A stretch of 63,950 bases of DNA, counting the filler, from Octopus bimaculoides (taxonomy: Eukaryota), in the NCBI RefSeq assembly GCF_001194135.2. It is 6 parts of 4 records of this genome, joined end to end, with 100 filler letters (N's around TTAATTAATTAA, not from the genome) between each part and the next. Parts side by side here need not be neighbours in the genome. Positions count along the whole stretch, not along the records: positions 33,840 to 46,282 come from NC_068985.1; positions 46,383 to 54,340 come from NC_068982.1; 4 more parts are not named here. One strand, written 5' to 3'. A model generated the notes under the pieces. That model had not been told where the DNA came from. It saw only the letters and a list, made by a program, of their open reading frames with translations, and searched no databases. Positions 36,086 to 49,045 of this stretch are shown here, in pieces. Position 1 is the stretch's first letter, and each line of letters opens with the position of its first letter. Position numbers and translations under genes: made by a program.

Positions 36086-37009
36086 CCCTGCATCTTAACA
36101 CCATAGATGCATTAAATCAGATGCATTAAATTCGTTAAAACGTATTTCAACGTCTATATTTCGATATCTGGTTTTCAGCGAATAAGGTGACTAATGCTAT
36201 TCGTGTTCATAATCTACGAGTCATTTCAGTGTTTATATCGTAACAAAAATTAATCAGCAACGCAAACATGTAATATAAACTTGAGTATCATAGCCGTATG
36301 ATCATTACTCCTTTAACGTCTTTTTGACAACTTGGCCATCTTAATGAAAATTCAGACCCAATTAGTAACGAATACAATAGCTAAATACGAAAATTCACAT
36401 CATGTGATTCGTATGGTTACGTGACTGGTCACGTGTTCATTCATATTAGTATGATGCAAAGATACATGGTTTCTACAATAGCATTTTTCATTACAGTTGC
36501 CTGACATACATCTTAGTGATTGTACATTTTTGGCGTTTCCGGCCATTCCATTAATGACAGTTAATAAATGCAGGGAACTTTGCTGTTACATTTATCAAAT
36601 CAAGAGCGATCTATGGTCAATACACATCTTTTATGATTTAGTCCTATGGCCTCAAGCATTGCGATATGGAAATTATGTATAAAAGGAAATCACAAATTAT
36701 TGTTGTTTGCACACCAGAAAACTATAAAGGAATTAAATCTCCAATAGAAATTACATTTTCTTATTTTTGTTGGCAGATATATACAAATGGTTTTGACATC
36801 ACTAATGTTTATTAATAGAAGATAACATTAGATCAGATCAATGCAATATAACATAACAATAACTTGATTTTAAAACTTTAGAGCATTCGTTATTTTTTTT
36901 AATTACAGCAAAAATGTAATTCAGTTCTATATTTAAGAGATCAGGAATTATGTGCATTATTTACATTATTTACATTTGACGGATATTTTTCCTCATCTGG
37001 TTTGTTGAT

Positions 37010-37160
37010 ATTATTTTCATTTACTTGCCATTACTCGAACAAATCGACTTCAAACTTATTCTTAGTACTTATTCTATCGGTCACTTTTTCCGAACCGCTA
37101 AATTACGGGGATACAAACATACCAACATCGGTTGTCAAGCGATGTTGGGAGGATGGGTTG
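37010..37160 (+). mobile_element. Interspersed repeat, family C
   Basis: GTACTTATTCTATCGGTC...GAACCGCTAAATTACGGGG...CATCGGTTGTCAAGCGATG. Confidence 0.65.
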
Positions 37161-37579
37161 CCAGTAAAAATGAATCTGGAATATTTCAAATATATATTTG
37201 ACCAATATTGAATGAAAATCCTATTGCTTTGCAAGACTGAACTCATTCTGTATTTAGTCTAATGGGTGTTCCATTGGGCAGAAATATCAACGTATATTAT
37301 TCTGTTTGCCGTGAGTTAATTTTAGGCTCATAGCTATCTAAGTTTTTATAATGTTTTTACAACGTTCGTTATGTAACGAAGTAACATTTTGGCAGTATAA
37401 CTAACTGCCGTGAAGACATTATTGCATTTGCATAAACAAAAATATACGAAAGAAAATAAATTATTTGAATAAAAAGAATTGAAAGCATGTTTTCAAGAAA
37501 GACATGTATTAACACATAATTGAAATATAAAAACAAGTTTTAATAATAATCAGATTCTTCTTCATCATTACTATAATCT

Positions 37580-37600
37580 TCACCATCATCGTCGTCGTCG

Positions 37601-37653
<53 letters not shown>

Positions 37654-37702
37654 GTCGTCGTCATCATCATCATCATCATCATCAACATCATCATCATCAA
37701 CA
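37580..37702. repeat. (CAT)n/(CGT)n microsatellite
   Basis: Direct sequence. Confidence 0.95.
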
Positions 37703-39329
37703 TCGTTTATAATATTATTGCTTGGAAGAAAAAGATGGACAGTACCACAGTTCTCAAGGACCGGTCAGAGTAGTGTATCGAGTACAAGTGCCTATTTTGG
37801 CATTCTTTTGTACGGCTAGTTGCGCTTTTTATGGCAATTACTTTACAGAGTATACTGTGGACGTTTAGAATACAAATGCGTTGAATGGTTTCAGTAAAGT
37901 TTGAATTATAATGGTGGAAAACAAAGCGAACACAAAATGCTGGAAAATATTAACATGACTTACGCAAAATATGTTGTTATACGATACAATTGACAAGAAA
38001 CTTCATATACGGATACTTAATATACTGATTATATAAAAGATGTAAGAGTGAACATTTTCAAAAAGAACTATGTCTTACATATTTTGGACACAAACATGTT
38101 CCTGTGATTAATTAGTTTGCATTGCAAGGAAGTCGTTCTGCATTCAAAGCCAATGGGTTAAACGCGAACAAATACCATATAAATCAGCATATAAAACAAT
38201 TTCTTCTCCATATGAGATACAGAATGAATTCACGTAATCGGAAGCTGCGTGATAGTTCTGTAAAATGTGCTGTAATTTTGGCTTGTATATCAATTATTCT
38301 GTTTGTGGATACAAAAAACATCTTGTGAAGAATAATAAATGACATAATACAAACTTATAGAAAACATGAACAAGTGACTGTGTTTCTGCTTTCTAGGAAT
38401 CTAAGAAGTTTGAAAGAGAGGTTGCATGTAATGGGAATCTCTCAGTGGAATGGCATAAATTGCGTAAAGAAGAAAAAAAGATCTAACCTAATAAAACATA
38501 AATTGCAAATATAAAACAATGACCTAAACATTTTGACCGCAGAATATAATGCCAAGATATATTTCATTATTGGTCAGTACATGAAAAGGCTGAACAAACG
38601 GGGGAAAATGAAAGAAAATAAATTTTGTCTGATAAGCACTCGACTCAAAGAAGAAACCATAAAATGTCGCTGTTATTCATCTACAAGCAGAAAGCTATAC
38701 AGCCAGATACTAACTGAACTGAGAATCAGATATTGAATTACAATATATTTTTGTGTAATATATCGGAAGAGAATGATATAAGCTATATAGGAAATCTTTC
38801 CAGAATCGTATGACAAATATAAATGATGAACTCGAAATTTGAAATGTAGCCTGGAAAATGTAACAGTGAGAAATTTAGGAATTATTAAACAGCCAAAGGT
38901 TCACAGGGCGTAGAATTAAAAATAAAACGCCTAATCTACAAATTAAATATACGGAACAGGATACAGAATCTTGCGGCCAACTTTAATTAATATCCATTAC
39001 GAAATGTACCGCAATTACGAAACAAATTAGCTGTCACGTTAATTAAATGCATTTTAATTGAGTCATAAATAAGTGTTATCGGCAAGTTAAGTTACAACCA
39101 TATAATATGTGCTCAGCAGGATATCTATAAACACCATATATAAATTCATAGACAACGCAAGTGTGGAAAATGTTAACTAATTCGAAAATGTATGCATATA
39201 TTTAAATTAAGAGAAAAAAAAATATAGTGTCATGATACAAAATATTAATTTCAAGGAAATTTAATTAATATTTGGAGAAAAAAAATAATGTTTTTTAGAA
39301 ATGTCATGAGCATATAAATGAATTATAAA

Positions 39330-39665
39330 ATTTACATTGGTTCCTCTTGAGCAAGATATATCATTAACTGGCAATCTGTCCGCTCCGCCGATAAATGTTC
39401 CGGTTTTCCGATCAAGAGAACAGCCCACTTGTGAAATGAACGTGCAAGTGGCTGAGCATTCCACAGCCGTAATCTTAACATAATTCTCAGAGTGACTGAG
39501 CGTGATACAGGAGGCGAGCAGGTTGGACCTTTCAGCTATAGGTATAACACATTGTTTCTTGCTGAGTGGAAGGGGCGACCTAAAATAAAATATCTTGCAT
39601 CGCCAGGAATCGAACACACAAACTTACAATCGAGCGTCGAATGCCCAAAATACTAAGCCGTGCGC
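39330..39665 (-). mobile_element. Older copy of a tRNA-derived SINE (family D)
   Basis: Shares GTGAAAT.AACGTGCAAGTGGCTGAGCA.TCCACAG with the adjacent copy and has a decayed tRNA head at about 39590-39665. Confidence 0.6.
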
Positions 39666-39689
39666 TTACAGAGTAACATGTTGTTGTTG

Positions 39690-40066
39690 GCACTCCGTCG
39701 CTTACGACGTCGAGAGTTCCAGTTGATCCGATCAACGGAACAGCTTGCTCGTGAAATTGACGTGCAAGTGGCTGTGCACTCCACAGACACGTGTACCCTT
39801 AACGTAGTTCTCGGGGATATTCGGCGTGACACAGTTTGACAAGGCTGACCCTTTGAATTACAGGTACAAGAGAAACATGAAGTAAGAGTGAGAGAAAGTT
39901 GTAGTGAAAGAGTACAGCAGGGTTCGCCAGCATCCCCTGCCGGAGCCTCTTGGAGCTTTAGGTGTTTTCGCTCAATAAACACTCACAACGCCCGGTCTGG
40001 GAATCGAAACCGCGAACCTATGACCGCGAGTCCGCTGCCCTAACCACTGGGCCATTTCGCCTCCAC
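39690..40066 (-). mobile_element. Complete tRNA-derived SINE with conserved central domain (Deu/Nin-like; family D)
   Basis: Minus-strand head GGAGGCGAAATGGCCCAGTGGTTAGGG...GGTTTCGATTCCCAG with A and B boxes, and a (CAA)n tail. Confidence 0.8.
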
Positions 40067-40578
40067 TCACAGCAAAATGTATAGGGCGTGTATGCATGGA
40101 ATTACAGTGTCAAACGAATTTTAATAAAAGGAATTGACAATGTCCTTTTGGACATACATGAGAAAGCCACATCTTCATGAGGAGTAGGTGAATTCGAATA
40201 TAAATACATCCTAGCATGTCCCCCACTGGAGATCTTTAGCGCTTTCAGAAATATTAAGCGAGGCAACCAGTAGCATGAGTGAAATTCGATGAAACCACAT
40301 TTCAACATTTCTGAGTTATATTTTTTATATATAACCAGCTTGCATAACCAATGTTTCGTCGTCTCTTGTATTCCAAAAACCTATATTTAAACATCCCACA
40401 CATTCTAGGAATAGAAGCTATCACATTTCGTATAAGCAAGCCAGAGGCTTCTTTCACTGCACGATCACTGGCCTATTGAATGACTAATAGAAACATAGTC
40501 AGGTAGATGGATAGACAAAGCGACCAATAGACAAGCAGACATACGAACAGACAGGCGAATAGATAGATAGATAGATAT

Positions 40579-40616
<38 letters not shown>

Positions 40617-42531
40617 CTTTNNNNNNNNNNATAGATAGATAGATAGATAGATAGATAGATCTTTAGATATATGTTGGCAGTTACGATAGCAAAGACTCAT
40701 ATAACGAGCAAAAACATTAACCCCCCCAAAGCAATCAGATACTTACACAGCTGAATGAGGAAAAAACAACAAAATAAACCTCATATTTTCTCCCTCTCTC
40801 ACTCGAAAAAAGAGAGAAAGCAGTAGAAAGTGTGTCAATGCTAGAAATCAATAACTAAACGTAAATATTAGAAGTAGGAACTTTTACATTGTTTACATTT
40901 TTCATTCATGTATATTTTCTGTATACGAAAATTATTCTTGAGAAATTTATGCAGACATTAATTTAAATTGCTAATCAATAACGAGAGACATATGAAAATG
41001 TAGAGTTTAGAAGCGAAACAAATATATTTCGCAGGAAATAATAATGGTGACATTGAGTGAGAGGGACAAACACTGTCCTAATTATTAAAATGGATGAATG
41101 GAATGAGACAAATTGCGTTGCGCATGAATAATTAAGCGGAGGATTAAAAAGAGTCTAAAACAATTCGAACGGAAACGACTAGATTGAAGATGAAAGAAAA
41201 TAAATTCCATGTAAAATATGTTGTTATAAGAAGAGCTGATGTTAAAAATGTTACCTCTTTATCCCTTAAACTTGGGGGTATGAAAGTATCCTGGCAGACT
41301 ATTCCATTAACTCTTTAATAGGATCAACCAATAGCGAATACGTCGTTTTGTAGCAATATACTAATAGTGTAGGCATAGTTAAAATGACGTGTTTAACAGA
41401 ATTCTTCTCTAAAGGAATCCATGCTTTCAAAATAGAAAGCACTATCCATTGTGAGGTTACGGAAGAGAACATTTCGAACTGAAATGTCAAGGGAATTGCA
41501 TGTCTTTTCGAAGAATATAATTTAAAAAAAAAAAACTTCTTTACTCAACATTATTATGGTGTCCACATTTTTAATTTTTAATGTGAACAGACTATTTTTG
41601 CTTCAAATGCAGATTTTGAATATTTAATGAAATAACAAAATTTAAGACTTACTCCATCGTAGAATCGGCCATTGGTTATAATTTATAATCAGATACAAAT
41701 TGTCAAATGTTGATATTTTTATCTGTTTCTCAAACACATTTCAATAATTATTTTGATGATTTTCTAGGGAATCGGATGGAAAATATAGAATCATAGCATG
41801 AAAAGTTCCTCAGTCGATCTTTCTTACATTTCTGACAAATAATGTTTACAAAATGTTATTCTAATCTTCTATGTATTTATCAACTTATTACAATGATGGT
41901 TTTGATTGTTTAAGAAATGGTTGCTACTAATATACCCGCTAATTGTGCCACCATCTTACATACAAACAGCGCCGGGTTACTTTCAGTACATAAGATCGAC
42001 ATGGCTGCTAGTGTAGACACACATTACATTACTCTGTTCACATCTAATAATGGGCCTTTGTGTCTCAAATATATGAAGCTTATTATAGTTTTCGCTTACC
42101 GCATTGTAACAAGATAACCGTCTTCATTAGAATGTTAACTTCCATCTTTATTTTTGTCCTTTACTTGCATAAGAAATTAAATTATTCATAGAAAGATTCG
42201 ATGACGTCCCTACTGATAAATTATGCTGAACAATTGGTAAACAACACCCTGTCAATATTCCAACATAGAGAGAAGCAATACATTTTAGACGACAGTGTAT
42301 GATACACATTGCCCTTTACTTTGTACGATTATTATATTACGAAAAATAAATGCCTTCCGTTAGCGTTCTAAAAAATAATACTATTCATAACAAAATTAAT
42401 GATATTTCAAAGAAAATCGATATTTTCAGTATCCCAACTAAAAGTTAATGTAACTTTGAATAAATGATATTACAGATTCCATTCCCTGCGTTTCAGACAG
42501 AAACAACGTGCCAAACTGTTTAAGGAGTATA

Positions 42532-42571
<40 letters not shown>

Positions 42572-44610
42572 GATAAGCACACACGTGCACAGATACGCGT
42601 GCACACATGCACAAACATATATACATATATATGTATCTGTATATGTATGCATATGTATGTATGAGAGATTAAATTTAATACCACAGATAAGGAGATAATT
42701 ACTGGGATGTTGGTGTGAAATATAATCATATAAAACTACTGACCCATGTGTTAAAACGGTCTCGGCGATAATTATAAAGCGATACGCTCTATATAACATC
42801 TTTCTGGCAACGTAGCCATTACAATGAGCGTTGTCATTTATGTAGAAGCAACGATCATTTGAGGAACGCTGTTCGCTTGGAAATGATAATTTGCTGTATT
42901 CAATATTTGTGTAATTTATCTCACATACAAATGTAATTATATCGCATGTTTGCAGAATATAATATTATGAAATCAACTTCAGACAATGCCACACTCACTG
43001 AATCGAGACAATTCGATTTCTAATCTACATTCTATATATTATTTATATACGTTTTGTAAAAGGTATAGCGTTTACATTATAATTACAATGAAGCGCTAAA
43101 ATTTTTGTCCAAGCATCTTCCATCTATATTATTTATATTCATCAATTACAATTGATTGTGAATTATCATAATCCTGTATTATGTTGCTCACACATTCTCT
43201 CATACACTCCACAACACTTGGTATTAAAAATGCCGGCACTATTGGCAACGCTGCTGCATTGATAAATAACTCTATGTGTAATCTCATACTATCTTTAACT
43301 GATAAACATTATTATATTAATTCAAAGCAAGTGAGACAACTCTTTGGAATTTCCGACTCACTTTCGTTTATATGTCGGCGGCCAACTCCGTTGCTTGTCT
43401 GAATTTTCGCTTGTTTCTCAATGCTTCCTTCTAAATTCACACGATCATCTTAACTGTCATCCGATTACATCTAATATCACATACATATTTTGAAAGTGTA
43501 TGTTTACTTTTCGAAAGAAGAATAATATTTTCAAAAACAAATCTATTCTATAATTGAGAAAGCTGCTTATTAATTATCTATGTAACAATTACTAGAAGTA
43601 TTAAAAATAAGCAATTATTAAAGGGTTGACCGTCTGGAAATATTTTTTTATGAATTCATGTTCTAAAAAAATTCGTATGATTTCGATTACTCAAGTTTCT
43701 GCAATTCTTGTAACTCCAATTTCTCGCAAATTTAAATATTCGTTGCATTCACTGTGGAGTATTCCATGCTCATTTGCAAAATCTTTCACTTTTCCTTTTC
43801 AGTTTTAATTTACTATTTGGAAAACTGACAGTTGATTCTATTAATGTATACATAATATATTAATTATTATCTATTAATGTAAACGCAATATTGGCACTAT
43901 TTTGCGGGACGATTTATGATCGATTACATCAACTTCTCTATTCGACAGACACTTATATTTCGAACCCTGAAAGGATGAAAGCCGTGTCGGTTTCGGATGA
44001 ATTTGAACTTAAAAGCGTTGGAAGAAATGTTACTCAGAATTTTATTGAACACGATATTGATTCTAACACTTAACGGTGTTATTAAATTATATTTTCATAG
44101 CAACTAAACAAATTTACTCCCCCAGGGACATTCATTACATTCACTCTTAACAAACTGCTTCCAGAGTAGTTTTATTACTCTCCACCCGCTTTAATATATT
44201 TTCTTTCTCCTATCTTTGTGAAATCATTTCCCATTGATAACAAAGCATACTGGACGGATAGCGACTACGTGCTACAGGCAGCATTATTTTTCTCTGTGGA
44301 AACCAATAAGGTGTATGTGAATCAATGATATTGTGCTAATTTCTCACAGAACAACGATCTGATGTTGCGCGAAAACCCGAGGAACCATATCCTTGAATAT
44401 AATATTTCATCATGTCTCAATTTTCTCCTGAGTGTAATTGCAACAGTGTTTCACGGAAATACATTTGGTATACTTTACAGACAATGCCGTAGCTCAGTAC
44501 TGGATTTTCCTTTCCAACCAATCCGAAAACATTTAATAGATATTTAGCTTGAGTTACATGAAAACTTATCTGAAAACTTTGATCATCATCATTCTAAGAT
44601 TGACTATTTT

Positions 44611-44727
44611 ATTTACATTATTTACATTATTTACATTTGATTGATGTGTGTCCTCATCTTGTTTGTTGTTAACACAATATGAGGACAAATTTCCGTCAAA
44701 TTAAATAATGTGAATAATGTAAATAAT
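44611..44727. repeat. Inverted repeat, ~47-bp arms with a 21-bp spacer
   Basis: ATTTACATT...TGTCCTCAT versus ATGAGGACA...AATGTAAAT. A single-arm copy lies at about 36945-37005. Confidence 0.7.
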
Positions 44728-45072
44728 GTACATAATTCCTCATCTCTTAGATACAGAAATCGTTTGACTATCTTTGTCATCGTTTACAAAAATGACCAAC
44801 GACCAGCGTATAAATTAGCAGCAATTAGGAGTTTATAGATTTATTTTTCATGCAAAAAAATGAGATTACACTTGCCGACGGGGCTTCTATCATTCAGCTT
44901 CCCAAGTAATACTATTTCTGAAATGAAGGTTTTCTAAGTGTATGGTTATGCAAATGTACCCGAAATTAGGACATCATACTTCCTACAAGATGATATGTGA
45001 CATTCAGTTAATTAAATCAAAGTAACGTAAGTCGAAATGCATTGCAGTTTCGCATACATACCATTACTTCAA

Positions 45073-45378
45073 ATATATACCAACGTGTTCCACCGAGGTT
45101 GACTTTGCCTTTCATCTTTCGGGTCGAAAACGTAAGTACCAGTTGCGTACTGGGATCGATCTAATCGAATAATCCCCTCCCTAAAATTTCAACCCTTGTG
45201 ACCAGAGTAGAAAAGAATATATACAAACGTATTCCGCCGAGGTCGAATTTGCTTTTCATCCTTTCGGGGGTCGATAAATTAAGTACCAGTTGCGTATTGG
45301 GGTCGTTCTAATCGACTGGTCCACCTCCCTAAAATTTCGACCCTTGTAACTAGAGTAGAAAAGAATATATACCAACGT
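45073..45378 (+). mobile_element. Two tandem 5'-truncated family B SINEs separated by a thrice-repeated 14-mer
   Basis: ATATATAC(C/A)AACGT at 45073, 45217 and 45365. Confidence 0.75.
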
Positions 45379-45821
45379 ATGTTTGTTCGCGAGTGTTTAT
45401 ATTTGTGTATGTGTGTGTCTGTCTGTCTGTCTGTTTGTGTGTGTATATGTATCTATGTGTGCACCACTTTAAGTTTTGTTTTGTTTTAACAAAAGTAACT
45501 TTGGTTCTAAAAGATTGTAATCTTTCAATTATGATCTTTCAAAAGTTGTTTTGGCCTTCATGCACTCACACCCACTCCAACAATTAGCGCATAAGCTGGG
45601 TATGCTATATCTATGTCGGAGTATTTTTTATATTAAAAGACAAAAAAGAGTGAAAAACTACAGAAGGCTTGTGTTATATGGTTAATGAATATATTTAAAT
45701 CGTTGTTAGAAAAAGGTTAGAAAATTTTGCGTACGGTAACAATTTTTTTTTTTTTTTTTTGAGAAATAAGCGGTTTCGTATTTTCTTCCCAAATTTCTCA
45801 ATTTTATTTTTACCTATATTG

Positions 45822-46040
45822 TGTCATCTATTCGCTATGTTGTGAAATATTAAATGTTTGATTCCGCCCCTTTCAATTACCCCTAGGTATTTGTAGCTCA
45901 CCGCTGGTTCTAACTCTTTTATGACATTCTGCTGGTCAAAGTTAAACTTAGATGTTTCTGTCACTTTTCTTTTGATACAGGTGGCTGTTGCACATTTATC
46001 GAGGCCAAATCTCATCTTGATGTCATCAAGTAAGCTTTTG
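45822..46040 (-). mobile_element. R4/Dong-clade RT fragment
   Basis: DDIKMRFGLDKCA...IKELEPAVSYKYLG. Confidence 0.8.
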
Positions 46041-46060
46041 AATTATTATTATTATTATTA

Positions 46061-46103
<43 letters not shown>

Positions 46104-46107
<4 letters not shown>

Positions 46108-46282
46108 TAGTTTTATTTTTATAACGTGCTTTCACTTCACTACCGAGCGCAGCTCTGTGCGCCTTGGGTATGTGCTGTGGTTTGCTGTGGTGCTCTTATG
46201 TTTACTGTATTGAAAGTGTTTTGCGTAGAATGTGTGCAGTACCCAGTAGTGCAATGTTCTGTATGTTATATATATTTGTAAG
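46104..46282 (-). mobile_element. R4/Dong-clade LINE 3' end with (TAA)n tail (46043-46103)
   Basis: Minus strand NIYNIQNIALLGTAHILRKTLSIQ*, then a short UTR running into (TAA)n. Confidence 0.85.
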
Positions 46283-46382
46283 NNNNNNNNNNNNNNNNNN
46301 NNNNNNNNNNNNNNNNNNNNNNNNNNTTAATTAATTAANNNNNNNNNNNNNNNNNNNNNNNNNNNNNNNNNNNNNNNNNNNN

Positions 46383-46414
<32 letters not shown>

Positions 46415-46741
46415 CACAAACACTCACACACACACATACACACACACGCACGCACGCACACACATATATATAAAGGGAGAGAGACGGAGAGATAGATTGA
46501 TAGATAAATCCCTTCCCGCAGTGAATACCATGAAAGTGTCTCGGCTGATATATCATAATCGCGTAAACAATTCATCAAAGATTAAAGCATATTGCTTCTC
46601 CGTCCATGCTCTTGCGTATGGTAGACAAATCTGCTAATATTATCCCATATGAGTGCATGCTTTGGTATATTTCTGTTTGCATGTGATATATTTCAATACT
46701 TATATATACATATTCATATGCATTCATACATACATACATAC

Positions 46742-47450
46742 ATTGAGGCATTACTTGAAGAAAATCCTGCATTATCAGTTGACGAATTGGCAATAAAGCT
46801 TAGTTCAAGCCATACTATTGTTCATCGTCATCTTCAACAATTTGGAAAGGTTCCTAAACTTGAAAAATGGGTGCCTCGTGAATTGTCCGAAAGCAAACGC
46901 AATTCCTGAGTTGACAACTGCTCTCCTCTCCATTCTCGCGAACGTATTTCACCCTCTTTGGATAGACTTGTGACTGGTGACGAAAAATGGATCTTCTATC
47001 GAAATGTTAAACGTCGTAAACAGTGGCTTGGTGTGATTGCAAAGGAGTAATTCACTTTGAATTGTTACCACCTAATTCAACAATCAATGCTCAAGTCTAC
47101 TGTTAGCAATTAGAGCATTTGAACCAAGCTTTGTAGAAAAAAACCGCTTTAGTGAATCGAAAAGGAGTGATGTTTCATCAGGACAATGCGCGACCTACAC
47201 TGCAAAGATCACATCACAGAAGATCGAAGAGCTTGGTTGGGAAAAAATTCCTCATCCACCTTATTCTCCCGACCTAGCTTCTTTACACTACCATTTGTTT
47301 CGTAGTTTACAGGATCACTTAGGGGACATAACTTTCGCAAGCCAGAAGCTCGAAACTGACATTTCAGAGTTCTTCGCTTTGAAACCAAAAGAGTTTTACA
47401 TTGATGGGATTAAAAAGCTTGTAAATAGATGGAAGGAAGTCATAGATAAT
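46742..47450 (+). mobile_element. Mariner (DD34D) transposase remnant
   Basis: WVPREL, VTGDEKWIFY, FHQDNA and HPPYSPDLA motifs, with stops, frameshifts and an internal deletion. Confidence 0.9.
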
Positions 47451-47512
47451 NNNNNNNNNNCTTATACATATCAACTCGTGCGTTCCTTTTCAACCTGCTA
47501 CACACACACACA

Positions 47513-47552
<40 letters not shown>

Positions 47553-47559
47553 TATATAT

Positions 47560-47715
47560 AGGTGCAGGAGTGGCTATGTAGTTGAAAGATTGCTTCCCAA
47601 CCACATGGTTCCAGGTTCAGTCCGACTGCGTGGCACCTTGGGTATGTGTCTTCTACTATAGCCTCGGGCCGACCAAAACCTTGTGAGTGGATCTGGTAGA
47701 CGGAAACTTAAATAA

Positions 47716-47720
<5 letters not shown>
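47560..47720 (+). mobile_element. tRNA-derived SINE, family A
   Basis: Well preserved GGTGCAGGAGTGGCT...GGTTCAGTCC...GACGGAAAC. Confidence 0.85.
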
Positions 47721-47749
<29 letters not shown>

Positions 47750-47809
47750 NNNNNNNNNNNNNNNNNNNNNNNNNNNNNNNNNNNNNNNNNNNNNNNNNNN
47801 NNNNNNNNN

Positions 47810-47879
<70 letters not shown>

Positions 47880-47929
47880 GTTGTGCACCTGAGCATTGTA
47901 TACAACACTTTCCTTCATCATTATTATTT

Positions 47930-48260
47930 GAAGCGGTGAGTTGCCAGAATCGTTAGCACGCCAGACAAAATGATTTTCCGTATTTCATCTGTCTTTATGT
48001 TCTGAGTGCAAACTCCGCCGAGGTCGGAAACAAACGCAGTAAGTTGTGTATGCACATGCACGTGCAAATATATAATTCTTTTTGTATGTTGGACTGCGCA
48101 AATAAATTTATGTATCTGAGCCCATCTTGCCTTTCATCCTCTCGGGGTCGATAAAATAAGTACCAGTTGAGTACTGGGCTTGATGTAACCGACTTACCAC
48201 CTCCTCTGAAATTGCTAGCCTTGTGACCACCTCCTCCGAAATTGCTAGGCTTGCGCCACA
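47930..48260 (+). mobile_element. SINE family B interrupted by a ~100-bp insertion (48027-48127)
   Basis: SINE sequence stops at CCGAGGTCG and resumes at TGCCTTTCATCC. Confidence 0.75.
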
Positions 48261-48282
48261 ATTTGAAGCCGCTATTATTATT

Positions 48283-48496
48283 AAGGCAGCGAGCTGGCAG
48301 AACAGTTAGCATGGTGGACGAAATGTTTAATGGTATTGAATCCGTCGCTACGTTTTGAGTTTAAATTCCGCTGCGGTCGAATTTACCTTTCATGCTTTCG
48401 AAGACGGTGAAATAAATACCAGTCAAGTGCTGGGGTCGGTGTAATCAATTAGTCTCCTGACCCTAAATTTCAGGCCTTGAGACCATAATAAGAAAG

Positions 48497-48497
<1 letters not shown>
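48283..48497 (+). mobile_element. SINE family B with (TTA)n tail
   Basis: GGCAGCGAGCTGGCAGAACAGTTAGC head. Confidence 0.8.
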
Positions 48498-48528
<31 letters not shown>

Positions 48529-48904
48529 CATTATTATTATCATTATTATTATTATTGTTTTGTTATTGCTAGTACAAAGCAATAATTCGCAGATTCTACG
48601 TGCACTAAGAACAAATGAGAAAAAATCACTTTCTAAATGTAGTTAGTACTCGTTGGCCGTTGATGTTGTGCTTGTTATTGGCGTTGCAGAAGTTATATTT
48701 CAATGCTGCAGTTATTTTTAATGTAGAACTACCTTAAGTTTGGATTTAAACGCACGATTTTAAGCCTACAATTTCCGAAAAACTATTTTATTGATTACTA
48801 AGATAATGATTAAGAACTTCTTTGAAGCACTTACATAAAAACTAGTCTGCTATACATGCATAACACACAGATGCTTGCTTACGTTTGTTTCAGCATGTAT
48901 GTAG

Positions 48905-48983
<79 letters not shown>

Positions 48984-49012
48984 CATATATATATGTGTGT
49001 ATCTGTGTATCT

Positions 49013-49045
<33 letters not shown>

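Noticed and set aside
36497-37890. Hydrophobic plus-strand frames at about 36.5 kb and 37.75 kb as TM exons
   Set aside because: Short, interrupted by stops, with no consistent splice phases. Expected by chance in AT-rich DNA.
38120-38320. Minus-strand exon candidates (KITAHFT; SFCISYGEEIVLYAD)
   Set aside because: Two competing acceptors and frames, both closing quickly, with no recognisable family.
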